From contig NZBN01000008.1 of the NCBI GenBank assembly GCA_002687935.1, forward strand, positions 1-48,036: a DNA stretch of 48,036 bases. The letters are read 5' to 3'. Origin of the DNA: Methanobacteriota archaeon. GTDB lineage: Archaea; Undinarchaeota; Undinarchaeia; Undinarchaeales; Undinarchaeaceae. The notes under the pieces were generated by a model. The model ran no database searches. It was not told the DNA's origin and was given only the letters and a program-made list of their open reading frames with translations. The position numbers were made by a program, and so were the translations under genes. Position 1 is the first letter of the stretch. Each line of letters starts with the position of its first letter. Of the stretch, positions 35,600 through 44,288 are shown piece by piece.

Positions 35600-36853
35600 A
35601 TGTATAAAGAGGCTATCGAGAGTTATTATTCCAGGACGAATGTCCAGAGAGCTATACTGGGAGTTTCAGAGAACAGAGAACTTATACCTGTTCTTTCAAC
35701 AGGATCATTTGGAAGCAGGCCTAATGCCGTCTATTATGAAAAAGATGTAGAACAGATGGTAAAGGGCGGAGCAATAGACTTCCACTGCTCAGTTGAACGC
35801 TGGAAGGACCCTTTGAAGCTCAAAACAGGGATGAGAAAGGAAGACCAGGACGCTTTGAGAATTGGATGGGACCTTATTATAGATATAGACTGCAAGAAAA
35901 CACTGGAAGAGGCCAAAACTGCCTGTATAATACTTCTTGACAGAATTGAAGAACTGAATATACGCAACTATGGCGTTAAATTTTCAGGTAATCGGGGTTT
36001 CCATATTGTAGTTCCCTTTGAAGCATTTCCTACAGAAGTTATGGGAATGGGAGAAATTGCAAAAAATTATCCCGGACTTCCAAGAAAAATGATACAATAT
36101 CTTGCAGACAGCACTTTTGATACGATGTATGAAGCATTTGGAGAAAATCCGAATGATGTTCTTGAAATAGACCATGGAGTTATAAGCCCCAGACATCTTT
36201 TCAGAGCTCCATATGCCCTGAACAGAAAAACCTGGCTCGCAAGCATACCTCTTGATAAAAAGGAAATCAAGAACTTTGACCCTCAAAGTGCACAGCCTTC
36301 AAAAGTAAAGGTGAAAAAGAAATTTCTCAAGGAAGTTGATGAAAATGAGGCAATTGAACTGCTCAGGTCTGCCGCGTATTGGACCTCAAAGCGGGAAAAG
36401 GCCACTGAGAAAAAAACTATTGCGTTTGAAGTTCCAAAGGACGCAATTCCTGTAAAGTTTTTCCCAAGTTGTATACAGAAAATAATGGAAGGACTAGATG
36501 ACGGAAGAAAAAGGAGTGTTTTCATATTGGTTTCCTTCCTTCACAGAATAGGTTGGGAAAGGCAGGATGTTTGGACCTTCTTGGTAGATTGGAATAAGAA
36601 AAATAAGCCTCCTCTGGCAGATACCCTTCTAAAATCGAGTTTCACGAGCCAGTATACAGGAGAAGGACCTAAGATGTCACCAAATTGTAGCAATCCGGGC
36701 TATTATGGAGGCTTTGGAGACAGCACATGCGACCACAGGAATCCTGTGTCATATACTCTGGGAAGAGTAAAGGCAATAAAAAGAAAAAAACCCAGAAGGC
36801 GTAGGGCAAAGACTAAAAAGGAGACCAAACAAGAGAAGGGAGTGGGAGAATGA
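35600..36853 (+). CDS. Fused DNA primase (PriS catalytic domain plus PriL-like C-terminal domain), DPANN type
   Basis: WDLIIDID, KFSGNRGFH, HLFRAPYALN; C-terminal FFPSCI..I..G..DGRKR..FILVSFL...PNC. Confidence 0.88.
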   Translation: MYKEAIESYYSRTNVQRAILGVSENRELIPVLSTGSFGSRPNAVYYEKDVEQMVKGGAIDFHCSVERWKDPLKLKTGMRKEDQDALRIGWDLIIDIDCKKTLEEAKTACIILLDRIEELNIRNYGVKFSGNRGFHIVVPFEAFPTEVMGMGEIAKNYPGLPRKMIQYLADSTFDTMYEAFGENPNDVLEIDHGVISPRHLFRAPYALNRKTWLASIPLDKKEIKNFDPQSAQPSKVKVKKKFLKEVDENEAIELLRSAAYWTSKREKATEKKTIAFEVPKDAIPVKFFPSCIQKIMEGLDDGRKRSVFILVSFLHRIGWERQDVWTFLVDWNKKNKPPLADTLLKSSFTSQYTGEGPKMSPNCSNPGYYGGFGDSTCDHRNPVSYTLGRVKAIKRKKPRRRRAKTKKETKQEKGVGE

Positions 36854-37425
36854 CAGAAGTAATAACATACGAGACACTTCGAGAAATACAAAGAGACGAG
36901 AAAAGGTCTTCAAAGCTTTACTCTCTGGGCAAGAATTTCTATTCTGTTGTTCAGGACTACCTTGGACGAGAACTTCCAGAAGACGATATATCAAGAAATG
37001 AGATATTGAATGCTCGAAAAATACTTGAAGATATACACGATAGGAGAGAGAAGAAGATAATAAATTACGCACTTGCAATAGCAAGAAATAATGAGAAGCT
37101 TGATGTGCCTGAAATGACGCCAGAGGAACATTTGCTTCTCGAAAAGCTTGTAGAAACGCTTAAAAAGTACCGGGGTAACATAGATAACACTTCACCTTCA
37201 GAAGCAAAAGAAGTGCCAGAAACTGAAGTGGTGTCTGCTGAAGAAAAAGAAGATTTAGAAGACAGCGAAACAAAGCTTGTGCAAGTAAAACTTCTCGAGG
37301 AGCTGCCACAGATTGTAGGAGCAGATATGGAAGAATACGGTCCATATTCAGAAGGAGAAGTCGCAGAAATTCCGGAAGAAAACGCAAAAATACTGATTGA
37401 AAATAAAAAGGCAGAAGAAAAATGA
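36850..37425 (+). CDS. GINS subunit (Gins51/Gins15 type)
   Basis: EKRSSKL..L.KNFY, IHDRREKKI, MTPEE; C-terminal B domain PQIVGADMEEYGP..EGEVAEIP.ENAKILI. Confidence 0.9.
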   Translation: MTEVITYETLREIQRDEKRSSKLYSLGKNFYSVVQDYLGRELPEDDISRNEILNARKILEDIHDRREKKIINYALAIARNNEKLDVPEMTPEEHLLLEKLVETLKKYRGNIDNTSPSEAKEVPETEVVSAEEKEDLEDSETKLVQVKLLEELPQIVGADMEEYGPYSEGEVAEIPEENAKILIENKKAEEK

Positions 37426-37700
37426 ATATACCAAAAACATTGAATATGTATTGTGCATGGTGCAAGAAGCACAACGCACACGGAGTATTCGTTTCAAAAA
37501 AGAGACAGAAGAGAGCACTTTCCATAGGACAGAGAAGGTTTAAGAGAAAGATGGAAGGTTACGGCTCATTCCCCAAGCCAATGCCACAGGGAAAGAAGCC
37601 AACACAAAGGCAGGATCTCAGATTTAAGTGCGGAGAATGCAATAAGGCAAACACTCGGGCAAAAATGCCAAGAGTAAAGAAATTCGCTCTGACTGACTAA
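37422..37700 (+). CDS. rpl44e: 50S ribosomal protein L44e (eL42)
   Basis: YCAWCKKH, GQRRFKRK..GYGSFP, LRFKCGEC. Confidence 0.96.
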   Translation: MNIPKTLNMYCAWCKKHNAHGVFVSKKRQKRALSIGQRRFKRKMEGYGSFPKPMPQGKKPTQRQDLRFKCGECNKANTRAKMPRVKKFALTD

Positions 37701-37707
37701 TAAGCAC

Positions 37708-38409
37708 ATGTCGTTGCCAATTTTAGAAATAATCCGATGGAAGAGACTTTACTATTTTAGCCTGTCTGCATTCATTCTTTCAGCTATATTTTTCAAAATT
37801 AATCCCCTCATATCAGCAATTCTTATGTTTTCTATGTTGTCGTGGTGGACTCTTCTTCCAGGAAGAATTTCCCCATATCTTATGGAAATAAATATAGGGG
37901 ATTTTTTCACAGTTATGGTTGCTCTGAATATTGGAGTTGTGGAAGGTGTCATATTCGGCTTTCTAAATATATGGGCCGGACCAATATTTGGAAGGGCTGA
38001 AAGACTGCAATTGACCAGCAGGATATCGATTGTAGCAATTCTTGCAACACTCTTAGTTCCGACAATATACAGCTTTACAAATCAGAGTGTTCTTTATACA
38101 CTCTACGGATATTCAATAGCATTTTACACAATACACCTTACCTCGAGTCTTATGATTTCTCTAAGGGCTTTCCTCAATGTAATGAAATTTTCATTAATAG
38201 CAGTTCCAATGGCATTTATCACCAACAGAGCCTATTTTTCAGTATTTGGAAATTCTTCTACTCACTTTGCCGGAATTGAAATAGGAAGTGAGATGATGTG
38301 GGTAAGTGGTGCACTTCTTACATTTTTCACTATTATGAATTTCCGCGAATTCCTAGCACAAAAAGCCAATATAGGTGGCTCAATCATAAAGAGCGAGAAA
38401 CATATATAG
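37708..38409 (+). CDS. Multi-pass membrane protein, possibly ECF S-component-like, at the canonical rps27e position
   Basis: Six or more hydrophobic segments; GDFFTVMVALNIGVVEGVIFGFL. Confidence 0.55.
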   Translation: MSLPILEIIRWKRLYYFSLSAFILSAIFFKINPLISAILMFSMLSWWTLLPGRISPYLMEINIGDFFTVMVALNIGVVEGVIFGFLNIWAGPIFGRAERLQLTSRISIVAILATLLVPTIYSFTNQSVLYTLYGYSIAFYTIHLTSSLMISLRAFLNVMKFSLIAVPMAFITNRAYFSVFGNSSTHFAGIEIGSEMMWVSGALLTFFTIMNFREFLAQKANIGGSIIKSEKHI

Positions 38410-38430
38410 GCGCGGGGACAGGAAAAGGTC

Positions 38431-39219
38431 ATGGCAACAGAAAAGAGAGCTCAAAAATTCCCTGAAGAAGGGGAATTTGCAATGGGAATTGTATCAAAGA
38501 TTTTCCCCTACGGTGTTTTTGTTAAGCTGACAGACTATAACGGAGTTGAGGGAATGGTACACGTTTCTGAGGTCTCCAATAAATGGGTCAAGAACATAAA
38601 GGACCACGTTAAGGATAAGCAGGTAATTGTTGTAAAGGTTTTGAGGGTCAGCACAGGAAAGGGACATGTTGATTTGTCAATAAAGTCTGTAAAGGACGTT
38701 CACAGAAAAAAGATTCTTGATTCTCATAAGAGAAAGCAGAGAGTTGAAAAACTTCTGGCTATATCTGAAAAAGAAATAAAAAAAGAGAGTGCAGCAGATG
38801 TAATGGAGGCTCTTGAAGATGGTTACAAAGAAGCTTACTCTGCTCTTGAAGCAATACTTTCTGACGGAGGAGAAGCTTTGGAAGGTATTAAACTTTCAGA
38901 TGAATGGAAGAAGGAACTTGTAAAACTTTCGAATGATAATATTGAACTGCCGGTAGTCTCAATAAAAGCTATTCTTAAGCTTGAGAGTGAAGACGGAAAA
39001 GGTGTGGAAACAATAAAATCGGCTGTTAAGAAAGCTCGGAAAGCGAATGATGATAAGGAAGTTAATCTTGAACTGAAATATAAGGGAGCTCCGCACTATT
39101 CAATAAGACTGACAGGTCCCGATTACAAAAAAATTGAAAAGATTATGGAGAAAGTATCATCTGCCGCAATAGATGAAATGAAGGGAAATGGCGGGAGTGG
39201 ACAGCTTATTAGGGAATAA
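38431..39219 (+). CDS. eif2a: Translation initiation factor aIF-2 alpha
   Basis: PEEGE, EGMVHVSEVS..WVKNI (S1), GHVDLSIK, YKGAPHY. Confidence 0.96.
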   Translation: MATEKRAQKFPEEGEFAMGIVSKIFPYGVFVKLTDYNGVEGMVHVSEVSNKWVKNIKDHVKDKQVIVVKVLRVSTGKGHVDLSIKSVKDVHRKKILDSHKRKQRVEKLLAISEKEIKKESAADVMEALEDGYKEAYSALEAILSDGGEALEGIKLSDEWKKELVKLSNDNIELPVVSIKAILKLESEDGKGVETIKSAVKKARKANDDKEVNLELKYKGAPHYSIRLTGPDYKKIEKIMEKVSSAAIDEMKGNGGSGQLIRE

Positions 39220-39389
39220 TGGCAAAAATTCTCAGATGTACGAAATGCAGACAGTATACTATAAAAACTATCTGCCCTAATTGCAAAATAATTACAGCAA
39301 GTCCTGAACCGGCAAAATACGACCCCAAGGACAAGTACGGAAAATACAGAAGACAGGCACGAACAGATGGAAACCTTCGTAAAGTATAG
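39219..39389 (+). CDS. nop10: Nop10, 56 aa; not in the supplied ORF track
   Basis: Manual translation MAKILRCTKCRQYTIKTICPNCKIITASPEPAKYDPKDKYGKYRRQARTDGNLRKV; canonical position after aIF2a. Confidence 0.93.
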   Translation: MAKILRCTKCRQYTIKTICPNCKIITASPEPAKYDPKDKYGKYRRQARTDGNLRKV

Positions 39390-40161
39390 CAAAAAACCTA
39401 AATTAAATAATCCAGTTCTTATAGAGGGACTCCCAGGATTTGGACAGGTAGGGAGACTTGTTTCCGAGCACCTTGTTAAAGAATTTAAAGGAAAGAAATT
39501 TGCAGAGCTTTATAGCCCTCACTTTCCACCACAGGTCATGATAAAGAATGACGGGCTTATAGACATGATTTCAAATAACTTTTTCGCGATAAAGAGACCG
39601 AAGAAGCGCGACATTCTTGTTGTTATAGGAGAGTCACAAGCGGCGACTATAACTGGGCAGTATGAAATCTGTGAAAAGATACTTGATGTCGCCAAGGAAT
39701 TTGGAGTTAAAGATATTATAACAGTTGGCGGATATGCAATGGGCAGACTTATGAAAAGACCGAAGGTGTATGGAGCCGCTAATGACAAGAAAATAATAAA
39801 GGAATTTTCGAAACACGGGGCAATATTCAAAACAAAGGGGGACAGAGGAGGAATTGTTGGCGCATCCGGTCTGCTTCTGGGCTTGGGACAGCTCAGAGGG
39901 ATGAGCGCAGTATGCCTGATGGGAGAAACACCAGGACACCCGCTTTTAATAGATGCAAAGGCTGCTGAAGAGGTTCTTAATATTATAGGAACTTATCTTG
40001 GAGAGGAAATTCCAATGGGAGAGCTTGATAAGAGGGCGAAAGAGCTTGAGAAGTTCAGGCTCGGACTTGAGAAAATGATGAAGAAGGCCATTCAGCAAGT
40101 AGAGAGGCAGGAAGAGAGTGAGCAGAAGAAGACTGAAGAGAAAGTCAAGTATATCGGTTAA
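39367..40161 (+). CDS. PAC2-family proteasome assembly chaperone
   Basis: LIEGLPGFGQVG, YSPHFPPQV, IITVGGY, GIVGASGLLL, CLMGETPG. Confidence 0.92.
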   Translation: METFVKYSKKPKLNNPVLIEGLPGFGQVGRLVSEHLVKEFKGKKFAELYSPHFPPQVMIKNDGLIDMISNNFFAIKRPKKRDILVVIGESQAATITGQYEICEKILDVAKEFGVKDIITVGGYAMGRLMKRPKVYGAANDKKIIKEFSKHGAIFKTKGDRGGIVGASGLLLGLGQLRGMSAVCLMGETPGHPLLIDAKAAEEVLNIIGTYLGEEIPMGELDKRAKELEKFRLGLEKMMKKAIQQVERQEESEQKKTEEKVKYIG

Positions 40162-40166
40162 TTATT

Positions 40167-41123
40167 TTAATTTGTAAGCTGAGCCCTGCAAGTTGTTATT
40201 TCTTCTGAAGAACCATATATTCCGAACTTGCCTTTGAGTTGTTCTGTAACGCGATAGCCGTAATTAGATACGACGCTGATTGTACAGAAGTCCTTGACGA
40301 AATTTATATTCCCAGTATAATTAAGTAAAAGTGTTTTTATGAGGTCCTGCTTGCCGAAGCGGAGCTGTAGCTCAGCATCAGAATATGTGAGTTCTTTGTT
40401 ATTTTCTTCAGTAAAGTTACAAGGACCTGACAAAGTCAGCATAGTCTCATTCATATAGCCAGAGCCTTTGTATCCGGCGAGGCCGTCTCCTGTGTTTTTA
40501 ATTTTTAGGCGGATGCTGAAGCTCGTTGCATTTTCAGAAATAATTAAGGGTTGATTTCTTAGAGACTCTATCTCTATCTGGACCGGACCTGCGCTCGGGA
40601 AATTCTCTCCAGTTCCGCTTGTCTGACCGCCGAGACGCTCTGCTTCCTGTTGAGACATTAGAAGAATTGATGCCCATCCCTCTGATTTGTACATGTAACT
40701 GATAGATGCAGCAACTATGCTTTCACGTGGATCGCAACCTGCCTGCATATCCCACTGGACTGAGTATGCATCTCCCTCGCTGCAGATTGAGAGGTCAGGA
40801 GGATAGAGAGTAGGAACCGCTTTGAACTGTTGAGTGTCGCCTCCGATTCCGAAACCAGGATGACTCCATAAGTCTGCCTGGATATCCGTCGCCTCATAAT
40901 TTCCGCCGTTCTGGAGGTCCATAGAAAGACGTACAGAACCGCCGACAGGAACGTCTTCGTAACCAGGAGAGAAGCTCAGTATTTTTATGGCGTCTGTCTG
41001 TGAAACAACGACTGGGCATTCCTTTGCTTTGCCCTTGCATCCGCTGACGGAAACTGCAAGGAGAATAACAAGTACAACTAGAGCGAATTTTCCGAAGCCT
41101 GTTTTTTGTCTTATCTTAGTCAT
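40167..41123 (-). CDS. Array member A: putative lipoprotein, tandem beta-sandwich scaffold
   Basis: Lipobox VSGC; QNGGNYEA, SYMY, SAGPVQI, KNTGDG, NYGY. Confidence 0.75.
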   Translation of the reverse strand: MTKIRQKTGFGKFALVVLVILLAVSVSGCKGKAKECPVVVSQTDAIKILSFSPGYEDVPVGGSVRLSMDLQNGGNYEATDIQADLWSHPGFGIGGDTQQFKAVPTLYPPDLSICSEGDAYSVQWDMQAGCDPRESIVAASISYMYKSEGWASILLMSQQEAERLGGQTSGTGENFPSAGPVQIEIESLRNQPLIISENATSFSIRLKIKNTGDGLAGYKGSGYMNETMLTLSGPCNFTEENNKELTYSDAELQLRFGKQDLIKTLLLNYTGNINFVKDFCTISVVSNYGYRVTEQLKGKFGIYGSSEEITTCRAQLTN

Positions 41124-41125
41124 TT

Positions 41126-42160
41126 TTATCTTGAAGGTGCGTAGCTTACTCTTGCATTGGCGTCAATCATATATGTGTATTCTACTGAAGCCTCGAAAGC
41201 TGTGGCATCCTGAATTATGTTACTGGCTGTTGATTTTACTGTGAACATAATGTCGTAGCTCCTCCACTGTTTGGTGCTTCCGATGATTTTTAGTTTCATT
41301 GGGTCAGTTTGTCCTGTTATAACAAGAGTGTCTCCATCCCTTAAAAACTCAAAGTCATTTTCACTATCTTGAGTCTGAGTCTGTCCTTGACCTTGTCCTT
41401 GAGTCTGTTCCTCTTCCTCTGTCTCCGGTGGAATGGTTGAAGGAGGCTCAAGAACAGCAGGATCAAATTTCAGCCTTATTTCTTTGAAAGAGTTGTCTTC
41501 AAGAGAACCTCCACCACTATTCTTAACATTCACTGCAACAGAAACTGTTTGCGTAGTATTAGGCTGGAGAATAATTGGAGTTTTCGGAGCGACTATTTCA
41601 AGGCTTATTGGAGCAGGTGAGCTGTAAGAGTTCAGAACATATCCGGTTATCTGACCACCTTTCTGGAGCCAATTGTCGTAAGAGGATAGTAGAGCTTCCT
41701 GTGTTCCTGTGGTGCTGTAATCGTACATTACTCTGAGTCCGAAGTCCTGACCAGTTGTTGCCTTTGGAAGGCTCGTTGGAGCCAGTAAGATAAGCTCTTT
41801 TTCAACTATATCTCCAGGGATTCCCTTGTCGCGATTAGGTCTCTCTAATCGGTCTATTCCATTCGGAACAAATTCACTGTTGCAGGTAAAATTAGAAACA
41901 TCCAATGGTGTAGCAGCTCCGCAGTTGAAAAGTATGAATTTTAGATTCGTCGCATCAAAGTTTCCATTGTTCTGTGCCGCTGAATAGAAGGTTATCGGGT
42001 CGCCGGGATTAACTGTTGAAACAATGGGATAGAAGGAAGTAATTGAAACTCCAGGATAGGAAACCTCTGTCGGAGTTTCTTTATCGTCCACCCCAATCTG
42101 AGTTCCTGTGCATCCTGATACAAGGACTACGAGTGCTATTAGGAGAATTGTGTTTTTCAT
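41126..42160 (-). CDS. Array member B: putative lipoprotein with E/Q-rich insert
   Basis: Lipobox VSGC; QNNGNFDA, YDYST, SPAPISL, KNSGGG, EYTY. Confidence 0.75.
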   Translation of the reverse strand: MKNTILLIALVVLVSGCTGTQIGVDDKETPTEVSYPGVSITSFYPIVSTVNPGDPITFYSAAQNNGNFDATNLKFILFNCGAATPLDVSNFTCNSEFVPNGIDRLERPNRDKGIPGDIVEKELILLAPTSLPKATTGQDFGLRVMYDYSTTGTQEALLSSYDNWLQKGGQITGYVLNSYSSPAPISLEIVAPKTPIILQPNTTQTVSVAVNVKNSGGGSLEDNSFKEIRLKFDPAVLEPPSTIPPETEEEEQTQGQGQGQTQTQDSENDFEFLRDGDTLVITGQTDPMKLKIIGSTKQWRSYDIMFTVKSTASNIIQDATAFEASVEYTYMIDANARVSYAPSR

Positions 42161-43350
42161 TCCTCAATTACGACAGTGGCCTGCCCCTCCTCTATATATG
42201 TATAGTCGGCTTCGGCGCTGAAGCTTATAACCTCTTGTATGATTGCTTCAACAGATTGTGAAGGATTGTATATGTTGGTATTTGGATTTCCGTCTGAAGC
42301 CTCTACTAAGTCAGCTATTCCATCACCATCATCGTCGTCATCTTCATTATCATCCACTCCATCATTATCATAATCAGTTGGGGACGAGTCCATTGCATCA
42401 GGAGTTCCATCACTGTCATCGTCAGGATCTAAATCGTCAGGAATACCATCCCCATCATTATCATTTTCAGACTGGGCAGTTAATTGTGTTTGTTGTTCCG
42501 ACTCAGTGGGTGCTTCAGTTGGAGTTTTTATCTTAAAAATTGCCTTATAGGAATTCCACTGATTGGCTAAACCAATAAGCTGAAGCTTACTTGAATCACT
42601 GACAGTAAGCATATTATCGCTTGCTAGTGATTGTGTGAAGTCTCCAGAATACAGCGAAAGCAATGAAGTATCATAATAGAGTCTGACTTCCCCCAACTCA
42701 CTGCCATTCACTATACCATTTCCTGAGTTTCTTATAATAACCGCAATAGTGATAAACTTGTCCTCATTTGAATCGGCAGGAAGAATAACAGGCTCCGAAG
42801 GAACATTTATTTCTATACTCATTGGAGCATCAGTGCTGTAGGAGTTCAAAGTCCCGACATCAATCTGCTGATTGCTGGCCTTCCAGTTTTCGAAGGAACT
42901 CAGAACTACGTCAGCACCGGCTGATGTGCTGTAATCGTATCTGACGCGGGAAAGGAAGGTGTGTGAAACTTTTCCTCCGATTATATTGTCAGGTGCTGTC
43001 AGTCTGAACTGAGTCTCAGTTATCTCGCCGGGAACATTGAGCTCCAAATCCGGTTTTGAGAGTTTAGCTTCCAAGTCAGAGTACTCATCGCATTCCCAAG
43101 TCGCATCATTAGATTCTTCCGAAGTTCCACAACCGAAGAGCATTACATCAACATCTATTGCATCGAAATGTCCTGTGTTCTGAACCTGGAGAAGCAGGTC
43201 TATCTCGCCGCCTTCCATAACTGTTGATGAAAGTGGATAAAATTCTGTTATTGAAACGCCGGGGTACCCTAATAGGTCTGAGACCTCAGGACTTGCTGTA
43301 CAGCCTGTTACGAGAACTGCCACTGCTATTAGGAAAATTGTCTTTTTCAT
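42157..43350 (-). CDS. Array member C: putative lipoprotein with Asp-rich DxDxDG insert
   Basis: Lipobox VTGC; QNTGHFDA, YDYST, TDAPMSI, RNSGNG, DYTY. Confidence 0.75.
   Translation of the reverse strand: MKKTIFLIAVAVLVTGCTASPEVSDLLGYPGVSITEFYPLSSTVMEGGEIDLLLQVQNTGHFDAIDVDVMLFGCGTSEESNDATWECDEYSDLEAKLSKPDLELNVPGEITETQFRLTAPDNIIGGKVSHTFLSRVRYDYSTSAGADVVLSSFENWKASNQQIDVGTLNSYSTDAPMSIEINVPSEPVILPADSNEDKFITIAVIIRNSGNGIVNGSELGEVRLYYDTSLLSLYSGDFTQSLASDNMLTVSDSSKLQLIGLANQWNSYKAIFKIKTPTEAPTESEQQTQLTAQSENDNDGDGIPDDLDPDDDSDGTPDAMDSSPTDYDNDGVDDNEDDDDDGDGIADLVEASDGNPNTNIYNPSQSVEAIIQEVISFSAEADYTYIEEGQATVVIEE
42310..42470 (-). repeat. Protein-level Asp-rich DxDxDG repeats (thrombospondin type-3-like Ca2+-binding)
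   Basis: DNDGDGIPDDLDPDDDSDGTPDAMD...DYDNDGVDDNEDDDDDGDGIAD. Confidence 0.75.
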
Positions 43351-44252
43351 TCTTTCACCAATATATTGACTGGATCTGTGTCCATTATATATGTATAATC
43401 TCCAAGGACCTCAATTGTATAGGAAGTGATGTCCTCGAGATAGTCCAGGCTGAGATCGCACTTAACACTACGCTCCTGTGTTTTTCCGAAAAGTGATACC
43501 TCGCCATTACTAACATCGTCAGAACAGCTGGTCGTTACATCATTTCTGACTGGTCCTCGCACAATATAGACCACAAAATTCTGTATATCACCGCTGACTG
43601 AACCGGAGCCTGTATTTCTTATTACGATATTTAGGCTCACATCAACGCTCTCGGGAGAAGATGAAACTTTTATAGGAGGGACATCGTAAATTGCGAAACT
43701 GACAGGAGCAGAGGAGGTTGTACTCTGTATAGAGAAAGCTCCTGGACCCTGTTCATTGTAAATGTCTCGGGAAACGAGATGAATATTTGAGGTTGCCAGA
43801 GAGCTATAATCATAACTTATCCTTGCTTTCAAAGACTTCTGCTGATTTACTGAAACGCTTGGGGCAGTCATTACCCAGTAGCTATAGAGGCGTTCTCCGG
43901 ACTGTTCAAATTCCAGGTCAGGCGCAAGCAAAGAAGTAGCAGAAACAGAATTTTCGCTCACTGTTGAGAAACCGCTCTTTTGGAAAAGATTGACAACAAT
44001 ATTTTCTGCGTCGTGGGCACCGACATTCTCAACATCAAGACCAAGCTCAACCTCGTCGCCAGAGTCAACGCTTGACTGTGAAGGACTAAAATCCCTTATG
44101 ATGATTCCGTAAGTCAGGGAAGTTCCGAAACCAGCCGAACTTATTTCTGCTTCCTCAGTAGGTAGTGGAAACTTATCAACTATATCTGCACAGCCAGATA
44201 TAGATAGGGCAAGAGAAATAATGAGAATTGTAAGTAAAAGCTTAGATTTCAT
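43347..44252 (-). CDS. Array member D: putative lipoprotein
   Basis: Lipobox ISGC; ENVGAHDA, YDYSS, SSAPVSF, RNTGSG, DYTY. Confidence 0.75.
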   Translation of the reverse strand: MKSKLLLTILIISLALSISGCADIVDKFPLPTEEAEISSAGFGTSLTYGIIIRDFSPSQSSVDSGDEVELGLDVENVGAHDAENIVVNLFQKSGFSTVSENSVSATSLLAPDLEFEQSGERLYSYWVMTAPSVSVNQQKSLKARISYDYSSLATSNIHLVSRDIYNEQGPGAFSIQSTTSSAPVSFAIYDVPPIKVSSSPESVDVSLNIVIRNTGSGSVSGDIQNFVVYIVRGPVRNDVTTSCSDDVSNGEVSLFGKTQERSVKCDLSLDYLEDITSYTIEVLGDYTYIMDTDPVNILVKE

Positions 44253-44288
44253 CCTTAATGAGTAGGGATAAGGAGTTTATATTTATTT
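44253..44288 (-). promoter_or_regulatory. Internal promoter for members D-C-B-A
   Basis: TATAAA at 44281-44276, 23 nt before ATG 44252. Confidence 0.5.
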
